Shown: positions 26,876 to 36,012 of the stretch, in pieces
Numbering within the stretch: position 1 is the stretch's first letter
Layout of the letters: every line of letters starts with the position of its first letter
Notes under the pieces: model-generated
The model's input: the letters and a program-made list of their open reading frames with translations, nothing else
Databases searched by the model: none
Told to the model about the DNA's origin: nothing
Made by a program: the position numbers and the translations under genes
Origin: an uncultured bacterium
Lineage (GTDB): Bacteria; Fermentibacterota; Fermentibacteria; Fermentibacterales; Fermentibacteraceae
NCBI GenBank assembly: GCA_964564435.1
Contig: CAZMAT010000003.1
Location: 96,451 to 160,450 of the forward strand
DNA: 64,000 bases
Direction of reading: 5' to 3'

Positions 26876-28366
26876 TTGGGTGTCTGTCGCATCGAAAGCG
26901 GCGGACGGGGACAGGGAGGGGAGGGGGCGGCGCTAGACGGGCTCCTGACGGACACGGCTCTAGAGGTGCTCAGGAAGCGCTTCCCGAACTCACCGGACCC
27001 CGCAGCCGAATGGAAACCCGGCAGACCGGCCTGGCGGTCGCTGCTGCCGGAGCTCGAGGTTCTCGACGAGGAACTGGCGTCGCTGCGCAGGCGCGGCGGC
27101 AAGGTCGTGCTATACGGGCACGACGACGCAGACGGCATCACCGGCATCTATGCCGGCAGGGTCATGCTCGCCCGGCTGGGTTTCAGGGTGGTGCCGATCA
27201 TCCCGGACAGGGCTTCAGAGGACTACGGCCTGCTGCCGTCGCGGATGGACGGCCTTCTCGAGGCCGGCGACCTCCTGCTCACGGTGGACTCGGGCTGCTC
27301 GGCAGTCGAGGGGGTCGAGTGGGCCCTCGCGAGAGGGGCAAGGGTCGTCATCACCGACCACCATACCCTGAACCCTCCCCTGCCCCGGGCGCACGGCCTC
27401 ATAGACCCCCAGGCCATCGGCTTCCCCGGCACCGTCCTCGCGGGATGCGGAGTCCTGTATGCCGCTCTCGCCGAGCTCTTCCCCTCCATTGCAGACTGCC
27501 CACGGCTCTACACGGCGGTCGCCCTCGGCACCGTGTCGGACAGGGTCCCTCTGCTGGCAGCGAACAGATACCTCCTCGAGCGCTTCCGGAACGTCGAGAC
27601 CGGCGATCTCCCCGCGGGGATGCGGGTCATCGTCGACGCCTGGCCCAACAGGAAGGGCGCCTGGTGTGCCTGCAACGTGAGGCAGCAGATCACGTCGGTC
27701 ATCGGAAAGGGCCTGAACTCCGGCATCGGGCGGCTGCTCGAGATGCTCGAGAGCGACGACGCGGCATGGTGCGCCTCGGCCTGGCGGGAGATGGTCGCCG
27801 CCAGCGATTCGAGGTCCCAGCAGATGTCCGACATGCTTTCCCGCGCCATGAACGAGAAGGATCCCGAGGCCGATGCCTTCGGGATGGTCATCGTGCACCT
27901 GCCCGGCATACCGCCCGGGATGGGCGGCACCCTGGCCAGCAAGCTGTCGCGCATCTTCAGGCGGGGGACCATCGTCGTCACGACCCGCGGCAACGGTTCG
28001 ATCGTCGGGGAGGCCAGGTCCCTCGGCGACTGGGACATGGCATCGTTCCTCACCGGCATGAAGAACGTGTTCAGCAGCGCCGGAGGCCACTCCAGGGCGG
28101 CCGGTTTCAACACCGACAGGATGGGCTGGCCCGAACTCCGCAGGAACCTCATCTCCAGGCTCTCCACGGTACGTTCGAAGCCGGTGCCCGAACCGCACGT
28201 CGATCTCGAGCCCGCCTCCCTGCCGCAGGCGCAGGAGCTCTCCTGCCTCGCCCCGTTCGGCCCCGACTTCCCTCCTCCCGCCGTGAAGGTGGGAGGGATG
28301 CGCTACCTGATGCAGCTCGGTCCGAACGGGCCGTGCTGGTGCATCACGGAGGACAGCGGGGAGTAG
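26876..28366 (+). CDS. DHH/DHHA1 phosphoesterase (RecJ-like/NrnA-like)
   Basis: VVLYGHDDADGITG, VVITDHH and the GGHSRAAGF DHHA1 motif. Start uncertain. Confidence 0.7.
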   Translation: MGVCRIESGGRGQGGEGAALDGLLTDTALEVLRKRFPNSPDPAAEWKPGRPAWRSLLPELEVLDEELASLRRRGGKVVLYGHDDADGITGIYAGRVMLARLGFRVVPIIPDRASEDYGLLPSRMDGLLEAGDLLLTVDSGCSAVEGVEWALARGARVVITDHHTLNPPLPRAHGLIDPQAIGFPGTVLAGCGVLYAALAELFPSIADCPRLYTAVALGTVSDRVPLLAANRYLLERFRNVETGDLPAGMRVIVDAWPNRKGAWCACNVRQQITSVIGKGLNSGIGRLLEMLESDDAAWCASAWREMVAASDSRSQQMSDMLSRAMNEKDPEADAFGMVIVHLPGIPPGMGGTLASKLSRIFRRGTIVVTTRGNGSIVGEARSLGDWDMASFLTGMKNVFSSAGGHSRAAGFNTDRMGWPELRRNLISRLSTVRSKPVPEPHVDLEPASLPQAQELSCLAPFGPDFPPPAVKVGGMRYLMQLGPNGPCWCITEDSGE

Positions 28367-28490
28367 GCGCCGTGGAAGCGCCCCGAACGCGGCGCACACT
28401 CTCCCGAAATGGAAACCCGGCGCATCCCTCCTTGGAGGGACACGCCGGGAAACCGGACGCAGCCGGGCGGCCTACCGCCCCTGAGCCGCC

Positions 28491-30110
28491 CTAGATGTCG
28501 AAGTCCGCATCGTCCCGCGGCTCCACCTTGAAGTCCTCGAAGGAGAACCAGCACACCCCGACGATGCTCTGGATCGCTCCTCCCACTGTCGGTTCGTAGG
28601 TGTAGTCGCCCATGTCGTCCATCATGCAGGCACCCGACCCGTCGGTGACGGACCACTGGCCGTAACCGAGGCTGTCGCTCACCACCGTGAGATTCTGGAT
28701 CCTGACGAGAACGCTCTCCCACTCCTCGGGCGCGGAGGAAGTCATCATCTCGCCCGTGGTGGCATCGTGGGGGGCGGGCAGCGGGTGTCCGGAGGAGACG
28801 ATCTCGGCGTCGGTGATGTATGACAGTTCGGTGAAACCGTAGTATTCCTGGACGGTCCCGGTCACCACGACGCTGTCCCCCCGGGCGAAGCCCGCGATGT
28901 CGTTGTCGTAGAGGGCGAGCCCGCTCCATTCGCCGCCGCCCTCGTCCTGGATGACCGCATAGTCCTGGGACGAGGAGTAGAACTCGTCACCTCCCACGGT
29001 GACTATTCCAGTGACGCTCACTATCTGTCCGAGATACGGCGACTCGGCCGCCTGCCCCTGCACCTCGTAGCAGGAGAGCACCTCGCCGGGGCCCGTTCCG
29101 CCACCGACGTCGAGGTCGCCGTCGTCCCTGGGTTCGAGCTTCCATTCGCTGTAGCTGTACCAGAGCACGCCGGCCGCGCTGAAGAGCGTGTCTCCCACGG
29201 AAGGAACGTAGGAGTAGTCGCCCATGTCGTCTACGATGCACTCGCCGGACCCGTCATCCACATCGAACTGGCCGTAGGAGCCCACCGAGATCACTACCGC
29301 GTCGGAGATCTCTACGAGGACGGCCTCCCATTCCTCGGCTCCGCCGGCCTCGGTCAGATCGTCGGTGGCGACGGCGGACGGCGCGGGGAGATCGGCATCC
29401 GAGCCGAGGATCTCGATGGATGAAGGGAAGCTCAGCTCTGTCGTCCCGTAGTACTCCTGCACGGTTCCCGTGATCGCGATGCTGTCGCCCCTGACCAGGC
29501 TCTCCACGCTGTCGCCGTAGAGGACAAGGCCGCTCCACGGTCCGCCGGCCGGATCGGAAAGGACGGCGTATATCCCGTCAGAGGAGTAGAGCTCGGTGCC
29601 CCCGGCGGTCACGACGCCCATGACCGTGACGACCTGGCCCTCGTAGGGGGACGAGGTGGCCATGCCCTGAACCTCGGCGCAGGTCAGCCAGTCGCCGGCG
29701 GCTCCGGAGTCGGGCGTGACGGCCGTGACCTCGTTGCTCCAGCTCTCGAGGCCCTCCGTGTCACGGGTTACGAGGGCGTAGTAGTAGGTGTGGCTCCACT
29801 CGAGCCCCGTGTCGGTGAACACAGTGTCGGAGGCCGTGGTGCGGGTGGCCGCTATCACGGCGCCGGTCTGATCCTCCTCGATGCCGGGCTCCTCCGACCT
29901 GTAGAGGCGGTACTCCTCGAAATCCTCGTCGGGGCACATGGTCCAGCTCGCCAGTACCGAGTTCGTGGAACCCGAGGCGTCGGCGTCGAGCACCGAGGCC
30001 TGGGGCTCCTCGCCTGTGCCGGCGGGGCCCTGTTCGTCGTCGCCGCAGGAGGCCGCCAGGGTGACGGCCGCTGCCAGGATGAGCATCCTAGTCCTCGCAG
30101 AAGAAGGCAT
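28491..30110 (-). CDS. lipoprotein with Fn3-like domain and two tandem ~185-aa OB-like repeats
   Basis: MLILAAAVTLAASCG lipobox. Two repeats (CAEVQGMATSSPYEGQVVTVMGVVTAGG...EWKLEPRDDGDLDV and CYEVQGQAAESPYLGQIVSVTGIVTVGG...DFKVEPRDDADFDI), also visible as a ~540-bp DNA duplication. GGAGGT RBS 5 nt before ATG 30110. Confidence 0.55.
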   Translation of the reverse strand: MPSSARTRMLILAAAVTLAASCGDDEQGPAGTGEEPQASVLDADASGSTNSVLASWTMCPDEDFEEYRLYRSEEPGIEEDQTGAVIAATRTTASDTVFTDTGLEWSHTYYYALVTRDTEGLESWSNEVTAVTPDSGAAGDWLTCAEVQGMATSSPYEGQVVTVMGVVTAGGTELYSSDGIYAVLSDPAGGPWSGLVLYGDSVESLVRGDSIAITGTVQEYYGTTELSFPSSIEILGSDADLPAPSAVATDDLTEAGGAEEWEAVLVEISDAVVISVGSYGQFDVDDGSGECIVDDMGDYSYVPSVGDTLFSAAGVLWYSYSEWKLEPRDDGDLDVGGGTGPGEVLSCYEVQGQAAESPYLGQIVSVTGIVTVGGDEFYSSSQDYAVIQDEGGGEWSGLALYDNDIAGFARGDSVVVTGTVQEYYGFTELSYITDAEIVSSGHPLPAPHDATTGEMMTSSAPEEWESVLVRIQNLTVVSDSLGYGQWSVTDGSGACMMDDMGDYTYEPTVGGAIQSIVGVCWFSFEDFKVEPRDDADFDI

Positions 30111-30182
30111 CTCCGACCTCCGGTTGAGTGAATCCCTCGTCGTGCTTTCCTGACCGAATATCGCCCGGCGGGGTGTCGGCGG

Positions 30183-31067
30183 CTAGAAGGAGGCGGAGAG
30201 CCCGGCCAGCACGGGCCAGCCGAACTCGTCGCGGGATAACGAGATATCCAGCCGGTAGGAACCGGAGGATTCGTAGGCGTAGCCCGCCCCGAAGAAGGGG
30301 CCGGAAGCTTCGGATTCGCCGGGGACCAGCTCCCAGCCTCCGGATACGGCTACCGGGCCGGCGGGGATCTCGGCGGCTGCCGAGAGCCTCGAGGCGGTGA
30401 AGAACCCGAGGGACCCCCCGCCCACCAGTCGGAGGATGGCCGCTGGCCTCCACGAAGCTCCGAGCGTGAGCACGGTGGGCATGTTCTTCCTTACGCCGTT
30501 CCACTCTGGCGCGCTGCCCAGGTTGTCGACGGAAAGACCAAGTTCCAGGCCGGGGAGAGCGTCGCTGTAGAGGCCGATTGTTGACGTGAGGCCCGTCGCC
30601 CCTTCTGCGTCGGCGCTCTCCCATACCGGGCCGAGCGAGGCTCCGGCCCTGAGCCCGGGCAGGATGGCGGTGGAGAAGGAAGCCGACAGGCAACCCGTCG
30701 ACCAGGAATACTCTCCCGTAGGCATCCCCGCCTCGTCCCTGCCCTGGATGCCTCCGTGGCCGAGCCACTGGATCGCCAGGCCGGCAGTGGAGCCTCCCCC
30801 GGCGGAGAAGGCTGCCGCTGCGCCGGCGGTGGATGACTCGAGCCGGGCGGTCCCGCCGGATGCGGTTATCCCGGGGATGAGGGCAGCGGGATTCGTCGTC
30901 CCTGCAGAAGCCCCGGCCGTGACGGCGCCCGCCGCGATGCCGAGCCTCGCGGTGGCGGCGAAGGGATCGGCGCAGAGCACCAGGGCGTCGGCTGTGCCCG
31001 TCGAGGCGGAGGAGACGCCCGATGCGAGCAGGGCGGTCAGCGCACTATTGAGAAGTACTCTACCCAT
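30183..31067 (-). CDS. outer-membrane beta-barrel protein (PorV/PorQ-like), C-terminal Phe
   Basis: MGRVLLNSALTALLASGVSSAST signal, Gly/Ala/Ser-rich alternating strands, ends ...LAGLSASF. Start re-picked at ATG 31067 with a GGAGG RBS. Confidence 0.5.
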   Translation of the reverse strand: MGRVLLNSALTALLASGVSSASTGTADALVLCADPFAATARLGIAAGAVTAGASAGTTNPAALIPGITASGGTARLESSTAGAAAAFSAGGGSTAGLAIQWLGHGGIQGRDEAGMPTGEYSWSTGCLSASFSTAILPGLRAGASLGPVWESADAEGATGLTSTIGLYSDALPGLELGLSVDNLGSAPEWNGVRKNMPTVLTLGASWRPAAILRLVGGGSLGFFTASRLSAAAEIPAGPVAVSGGWELVPGESEASGPFFGAGYAYESSGSYRLDISLSRDEFGWPVLAGLSASF

Positions 31068-32188
31068 CTCCCACCGCCTCCGTCCTCGAGGACGGCTGCA
31101 TAGAGCCCGGGAGAGGCGAGGGAGCCTCCGTCCAGAGAGAGGTCCCACTCGACCGAAAGGGTTCCGGTCTCACGGTTCATCACGGTTTCCCCCGACAGGT
31201 TCACGACTCTGAGGGTGTATGCCTGAGAGCCTCCGGACTCGGGCCATCGGAACGTGACATGGTCGGAGCATGGGCTGGGATAGGCGACGAAGCCGGAAGG
31301 ATCCCCGGGGGCCCCGCCTCCGGGCAGGGACTGGAAGTAGAGGCTGTCGCCGTCGGTCGAGATGAAGAACGTGCCCAGCAGGTCGGTCCTGAAGATGTCG
31401 ATGTCGCGCCCCAGCAGCCTGGCGATAACCTCGCCGTGGGGATGCCCGAAGGGATTGCCTGCGCCCACTTCGATCGCAGCCCAGTCGGGTGAGACCGCCG
31501 CGAGCCACTGCGTCGAGGTGGACGTGTAGGAGCCGTGGTGGCCCACCTTCAGGACGTCCGAGGCGATGCTGTCGATCAGGCCGAGAGCCAGCGCATCGAG
31601 TACGACCTCCTCGCCGCCCTCCGTCTCGAGGTCGCCTGTGAAGAGGAAGCTCACATCCAGGTACGAAAGCCTGAGCACGATGCTTGCGTTGTTGATGTTG
31701 CCGGGGTCGAGCGGATCCACCGGGTGCAGCACCTGCACCGAGAGATCCGGACCCCAGTCGAGGGAATCGCCCCTCCGGAGGATGCGGAGGCCCGACCCGC
31801 AGGCCTCGACGGCGTCCATGAACTCGCCGTATACGAACGAGCCGGAGTCGAAGCCGCTGTCCCAGACGGAGTCGACCGTGACGGTCTCGAGGACGGAGAT
31901 CAGCCCTCCGATGTGATCCGAATGCGGGTGGGTCGCGACGATGCCGTCGAGATGCGTGATGCCCAGGCTGTCGAGGAGCGGGAGGACCCTGGATTCCCCG
32001 CAGTCCCAGAACGGGTCGGACCCGTGGTCACCCCCGTCGATGAGATAGCTCCCGCCAGACGGGGTCCTCACGAGCATCGCATCACCGGAGTAATCGGAGT
32101 AGCCGGGATCGATGAAGAATACCGTCAGCGGATCGGATGCAGCCGCCGCCGCCAGGGCCAGCGCCAGGAGCAGGGATCTACTGGACAA
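31037..32188 (-). CDS. secreted MBL-fold hydrolase (ComEC/Rec2 C-terminal-like nuclease domain) with C-terminal Ig/T9SS-like domain
   Basis: Signal peptide, then HPHSDHIGG metallo-beta-lactamase motif and a later HHGS motif. C-terminal ~90 aa are beta-rich (YTLRVVNLSGETV...GLYAAVLEDGGG). Confidence 0.7.
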   Translation of the reverse strand: MSSRSLLLALALAAAAASDPLTVFFIDPGYSDYSGDAMLVRTPSGGSYLIDGGDHGSDPFWDCGESRVLPLLDSLGITHLDGIVATHPHSDHIGGLISVLETVTVDSVWDSGFDSGSFVYGEFMDAVEACGSGLRILRRGDSLDWGPDLSVQVLHPVDPLDPGNINNASIVLRLSYLDVSFLFTGDLETEGGEEVVLDALALGLIDSIASDVLKVGHHGSYTSTSTQWLAAVSPDWAAIEVGAGNPFGHPHGEVIARLLGRDIDIFRTDLLGTFFISTDGDSLYFQSLPGGGAPGDPSGFVAYPSPCSDHVTFRWPESGGSQAYTLRVVNLSGETVMNRETGTLSVEWDLSLDGGSLASPGLYAAVLEDGGGGRWVEYFSIVR

Positions 32189-32771
32189 ATGCCTTGATGA
32201 ATGCCCAGGTATTGGACGCGAAGGAATTCTCGTAGACGCTGTTCTTTTCTCCAGGCGAGCCCTTGTCGCCGTCGCCGAACGAGAACAGGGCCGCCGCCCA
32301 GCTGGATGAGAGCCCGATGGTCCAGTTAGGGTTGATCCTCTCGCAGGAGCATCCCGGCTCGACAGGCCAGGACGCGTCGTAGGCCAGTGTCTCGACGGTC
32401 TGCCCTCCGGGCTCGATCAGCATGAGCGAGCCGGCGGCCGATATGCTGAAGCCCGAGTAGACCTGGTCGGGAGAGTAGCCGCCGTTGCGCCCGGGGTCAC
32501 CCGAGGAGCCGAGGACGACATATCCGTCGGGGGGCACGAGATAGGTGCCGCAGATGATCTGGATGCCGCTCTGGTTGCGGATCCGCCACCCCGAGAGGTT
32601 CACGTAGTCGTCGGATCTGTTGTAGATCTCTATCCACTCCCCCTCAGCCTCAGTTGCGGAAGAGAGCGGGGCCGCCATGAACTCGTTGAAAACCAGAGCC
32701 GACGAGGACAGGTCCTCGGGCAGGCACGGCTGATTGCCGGCAATGATCGACGCAACCATCAGCACAGTCAT
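32178..32771 (-). CDS. lamin-tail-domain (LTD) secreted protein
   Basis: LVFNEFMAAP...EWIEIYNRSDDYVNLSGWRIRNQSG matches the LTD signature. Overlaps the MBL gene by 11 nt. Confidence 0.7.
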   Translation of the reverse strand: MTVLMVASIIAGNQPCLPEDLSSSALVFNEFMAAPLSSATEAEGEWIEIYNRSDDYVNLSGWRIRNQSGIQIICGTYLVPPDGYVVLGSSGDPGRNGGYSPDQVYSGFSISAAGSLMLIEPGGQTVETLAYDASWPVEPGCSCERINPNWTIGLSSSWAAALFSFGDGDKGSPGEKNSVYENSFASNTWAFIKAFVQ

Positions 32772-32825
32772 CTCATTCCCTCTGTCCCCGGGGCCGGCGG
32801 CAGCAGCGATACGGGCATCCGCCCG

Positions 32826-33749
32826 TCATTCCGCGTCTCCGGACCCGCCCTCCATAGCCCTGAGCAGCTCCTCTATCTCCTGGAGGGCCTGTCGCCTCTC
32901 CTCCTCGAGCTGCCTCAGAGCCTCCTCGTCCTGTGTCCTGCGCAGGCGCTCCGTGGGCTCGAGCGTCGTCCTGTTGAAGAACGGCCCGAGCTCGAACTCG
33001 GCGGCGAGCGTGAACTTGGAGTTCTGCATCACGTCGGTCTGATCCCTGTCGTCGCCCCTGAGCGACTGCTCGAACTCGGACAGGCAGGCCGCTACGGACA
33101 CCTTCCTGTTGATGGCGTAGCGGGCGCCGAAGTTGGCATCCCGGCCGTCCCATTCCACCGCGAGCGAGAAGACGTTCGAGGGATGGACCTCCACGGCCAT
33201 GAAGAGGCCGGGTAAGGGATTGGCGAAACCGTCGGAGTCCTCTTCCTGGATGAAACGCCCGGAGCCCCATCCGAGGTTCAGGCAGACCGGAACATGGGCG
33301 AGGTAGTCCAGGCTCTTGGTGACCACGATGTATGCGGAGAGGTTCTGGCTCTGCGGGTACTCGTACAGCGCAGAGTCGTCCTCGAAGAACTCGTAGTTCT
33401 TCTCGCCTATCAGGTTCTCGACTCCGACCGCGATGCCGGGCCGGGTGATGGACTCCCGGAGGGCCAGGACCCTGGCCTGCCCCGAGAAGCCGCCTGCGCC
33501 CAGATACGTTGCGCCGAGCTGGATCCGGTCGATCAGGCCCACCTCTACATAGCCGCCCAGGGCGAAGTCCGATTCGTTCGAGCCGTTGGGGTTCTCGAAG
33601 CCGTAGGCGGTGAATCCGAGCCCCACGGCCACCTGGGTATGCTCGAGGACGCCGGCCACGGGGGCGTCGAGCATACCGTACCTGGCGAAGGGCAGCGAAC
33701 CCGCCAGCACGCTCGAAGCGGCGCACGCCAGAACTGCGAAGTATCTCAT
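32826..33749 (-). CDS. hypothetical secreted beta-rich protein with C-terminal coiled coil
   Basis: Signal peptide MRYFAVLACAASSVLAGS, beta-strand periodicity, C-terminal EALRQLEEERRQALQEIEELLRAMEG. Confidence 0.45.
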   Translation of the reverse strand: MRYFAVLACAASSVLAGSLPFARYGMLDAPVAGVLEHTQVAVGLGFTAYGFENPNGSNESDFALGGYVEVGLIDRIQLGATYLGAGGFSGQARVLALRESITRPGIAVGVENLIGEKNYEFFEDDSALYEYPQSQNLSAYIVVTKSLDYLAHVPVCLNLGWGSGRFIQEEDSDGFANPLPGLFMAVEVHPSNVFSLAVEWDGRDANFGARYAINRKVSVAACLSEFEQSLRGDDRDQTDVMQNSKFTLAAEFELGPFFNRTTLEPTERLRRTQDEEALRQLEEERRQALQEIEELLRAMEGGSGDAE

Positions 33750-33767
33750 CGGACCTCCCTGGTCGGC

Positions 33768-35039
33768 CTAAGATAACCCGCCCCGGCCGCTGGGCAAAGC
33801 CCCGTCACTCCCGCGGGCGATGGCCAGTGCCTCCATGACCGCTCCGGCGAAATCCCGCCTGTTCCTCCTGTACTCCAGCAGTGCCTCCCCGGTACGGTCG
33901 GACATGGCCTGCAGCGCGCTCCTGTCCCGGAGCAGCCCGGCTACGTGTTCCGCGCTGGTGGAGGGATCGTCGAAGTCGAGGCATGCCAGGGGTCCTCCGG
34001 CTCCTATCCCCGAGAGGGACTGGGGGACGGCGGCGACTGGCATGAGGTAGGACATGGCGTCGAGGATCTTCATCTTGATCCCCGAGCCCAGCCTGATTGG
34101 ACACAGGTAGAGGTCGTGCGAGCAGTGCAGTCCGGGAAGGGCTTCCTCGTTCACGAAACCGAGATACTCGATCCCCTCGCAGGTGATCCCGAGTTCCCGG
34201 GCCTCGTCCTCCGACAGGCCGCAGACCGAGAGTACGGCGGCGGGATCGATCCTCCTGAGAGCGGGCATGAACCTCCCGGCCAGCCATCTCAGGGCGTCCA
34301 GGTTCGGGAAGTACCGGTGCGAGCCGATGAAGAGCAGCTTCCTGCCGGATTCCGAGCCTTTCCACCGCTGTTCCCTGACGGGGATCGGCTCGTCGGTCAG
34401 CACCACCCTCGTTCCGGGGTAGGTCCGCGAGTACCATCCGGCATCGCTCCCGGATATCGAGATCACTGCGCTTACGCGCTTCATCAGGTGCCTCTCGTAG
34501 AACACCGTCTTCAGGTACTCGCCCAGGAAGAACAGGCGCAGCGGGCTCAGGATTCCCTGGAACCTGAACTGGTCCAGGGCCACGCGCCTCTCGACGTTGT
34601 GCGTGACGCAGATGACGGGGACGCTCCTGAACGCCTCGCGGGGGATCATCTCCAGCCCGGAGATGTGTTCGCAGACGATCGCATCCAGGCCCCGGCCGAG
34701 CAGCTCCCCGACGTGGCGTATGGCCGCGTCGCTCTTCCTGACCCTGCATATCCTCGGCTTCGGGGAGGAGAGGAACGAAGCGAGCGCCCGGACCCCTGCG
34801 GCGAACCCTTCGGCGACGTGCGGCAGGCTTCTGGGGAAGACCTCGGTTTCGAGCCCGATCTCCCTGAAATGGCCGGCCTGATCGGCGCGGTCCCCGTCGG
34901 CATCCAGCAGAACCAGGCTGACCGATACGCCCGGCGCCCGGGAGAGCTCCATGATGTGGTTGAGGAAGGAGACCTTCCCGCCCTTGTCGGGGGGCCAGGG
35001 GACCTCGACGACTATGTGCGCGATCCTGAGTCCGTCCAA
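33768..35039 (-). CDS. glycosyltransferase family 4 (GT1-type)
   Basis: 423 aa with an N-terminal Glyco_trans_4-like region and a C-terminal GT1 domain (EGFGLP-type region CEGIEYLGFV...LCPIRLGSGIKMKILDAMSY). Confidence 0.8.
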   Translation of the reverse strand: MDGLRIAHIVVEVPWPPDKGGKVSFLNHIMELSRAPGVSVSLVLLDADGDRADQAGHFREIGLETEVFPRSLPHVAEGFAAGVRALASFLSSPKPRICRVRKSDAAIRHVGELLGRGLDAIVCEHISGLEMIPREAFRSVPVICVTHNVERRVALDQFRFQGILSPLRLFFLGEYLKTVFYERHLMKRVSAVISISGSDAGWYSRTYPGTRVVLTDEPIPVREQRWKGSESGRKLLFIGSHRYFPNLDALRWLAGRFMPALRRIDPAAVLSVCGLSEDEARELGITCEGIEYLGFVNEEALPGLHCSHDLYLCPIRLGSGIKMKILDAMSYLMPVAAVPQSLSGIGAGGPLACLDFDDPSTSAEHVAGLLRDRSALQAMSDRTGEALLEYRRNRRDFAGAVMEALAIARGSDGALPSGRGGLS

Positions 35040-35240
35040 GCGGGGACCTTCCTGCCGCGGGCCTGCCGCGGAGCGGTTTGTGCGCGCATCCTAACCGGGT
35101 CGGGCCTTTTCGTCAAAGGCCCGCGCCCTGCCGGCGTCCGGCGGCCAGTCTTGCCGTCCCGGGCGATGCGGGGCATACTCCGGCCGGTATCCACGGAACC
35201 GCCGCCCCGGGCGGCGCTGCAACCGACGACGGGAGGCGAG

Positions 35241-35702
35241 ATGCCGGAGGACAGGACCCCGCCGCATGCATGCCCCAACCACAGCCTCTACGATGCCAAC
35301 GACCCGCTCATAAGGAAGCTGCACTGGGTCATCAGGGCGGCCGTGAGGGTGCTGGCCGTTCTCATGGTCTTCGTGATCGTGTGGGGGATAGGCGACGTCG
35401 TGTACGGACTCTACAGGCAGCTCGTCGCCCCGCCCTTCATGCTGCTGAGCATGAACGAGGTGCTGGGGACGTTCGGCGGATTCCTCGCCGTCCTCATAGC
35501 CATCGAGATCTTCACGAACATCACGCTCTACCTCAAGTCCGAGGTCATCCCCGTGCAGCTCGTGATTGCCACGGCCCTCATGGCGATAGCCAGAAAGGTG
35601 ATCATCTTCGACTTCTCGAGCATGTCGCCGGTCTTCGTCTTCGGCACGGCGTCGGTGATCCTGGCCCTGGGCCTGACCTACTGGCTCCTGACCCGGAAAT
35701 AG
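35241..35702 (+). CDS. small 4-TM membrane protein, PsiE-like
   Basis: 153 aa with four predicted TM helices. GGGAGG RBS 4 nt upstream of ATG 35241; the track ORF is over-extended from 33945. Confidence 0.5.
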   Translation: MPEDRTPPHACPNHSLYDANDPLIRKLHWVIRAAVRVLAVLMVFVIVWGIGDVVYGLYRQLVAPPFMLLSMNEVLGTFGGFLAVLIAIEIFTNITLYLKSEVIPVQLVIATALMAIARKVIIFDFSSMSPVFVFGTASVILALGLTYWLLTRK

Positions 35703-35728
35703 CAGGGCGGGCGATTCCCTCCCTGCCG

Positions 35729-35940
35729 TCAGAAGCCGTTGGTGCTCGACTTCTCGGGCGGTTCGACCTCGATCCTCTCGCGCCCCGGTTCGACCGTCTC
35801 CTCGAACGTCCATCCCGGCGGCAGGCCGAAGCCCGCGAGGGGCATCACCCTGTAGACGGTCACGCCCCTCTTCTGCGAGAACTTCGAGACCGCGCAGAAG
35901 GCAGCCCCCCTCGCGCGGGCGAGTCTGGCCGCCTCCGCCA
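35729..35940 (-). CDS. small conserved hypothetical protein (paralog of 62196..62423)
   Basis: MAEAARLARARGAAFCAVSKFSQKRGVTVYRVMPLAGFGLPPGWTFEETVEPGRERIEVEPPEKSSTNGF shares GFGLPxGW...EVEPPE with the 75-aa protein at 62196. It is the 3' tail of track ORF 35729..37048, the rest of which is antisense to gap. Confidence 0.45.
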
Positions 35941-36012
35941 TTGCTTCGCCGCGATCCGTGAAGAGTGCCGGCCTGGGCCTTGCCTGTCCCATCCGCCAGT
36001 ATCCCCTGCCCG

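Noticed and set aside
28400-28470. ccctccttggaggg palindrome between the convergent DHH and lipoprotein genes as a bidirectional terminator
   Set aside because: Stem of only 6 bp with a 2-nt loop and no U-tract on either side, so too weak to call.
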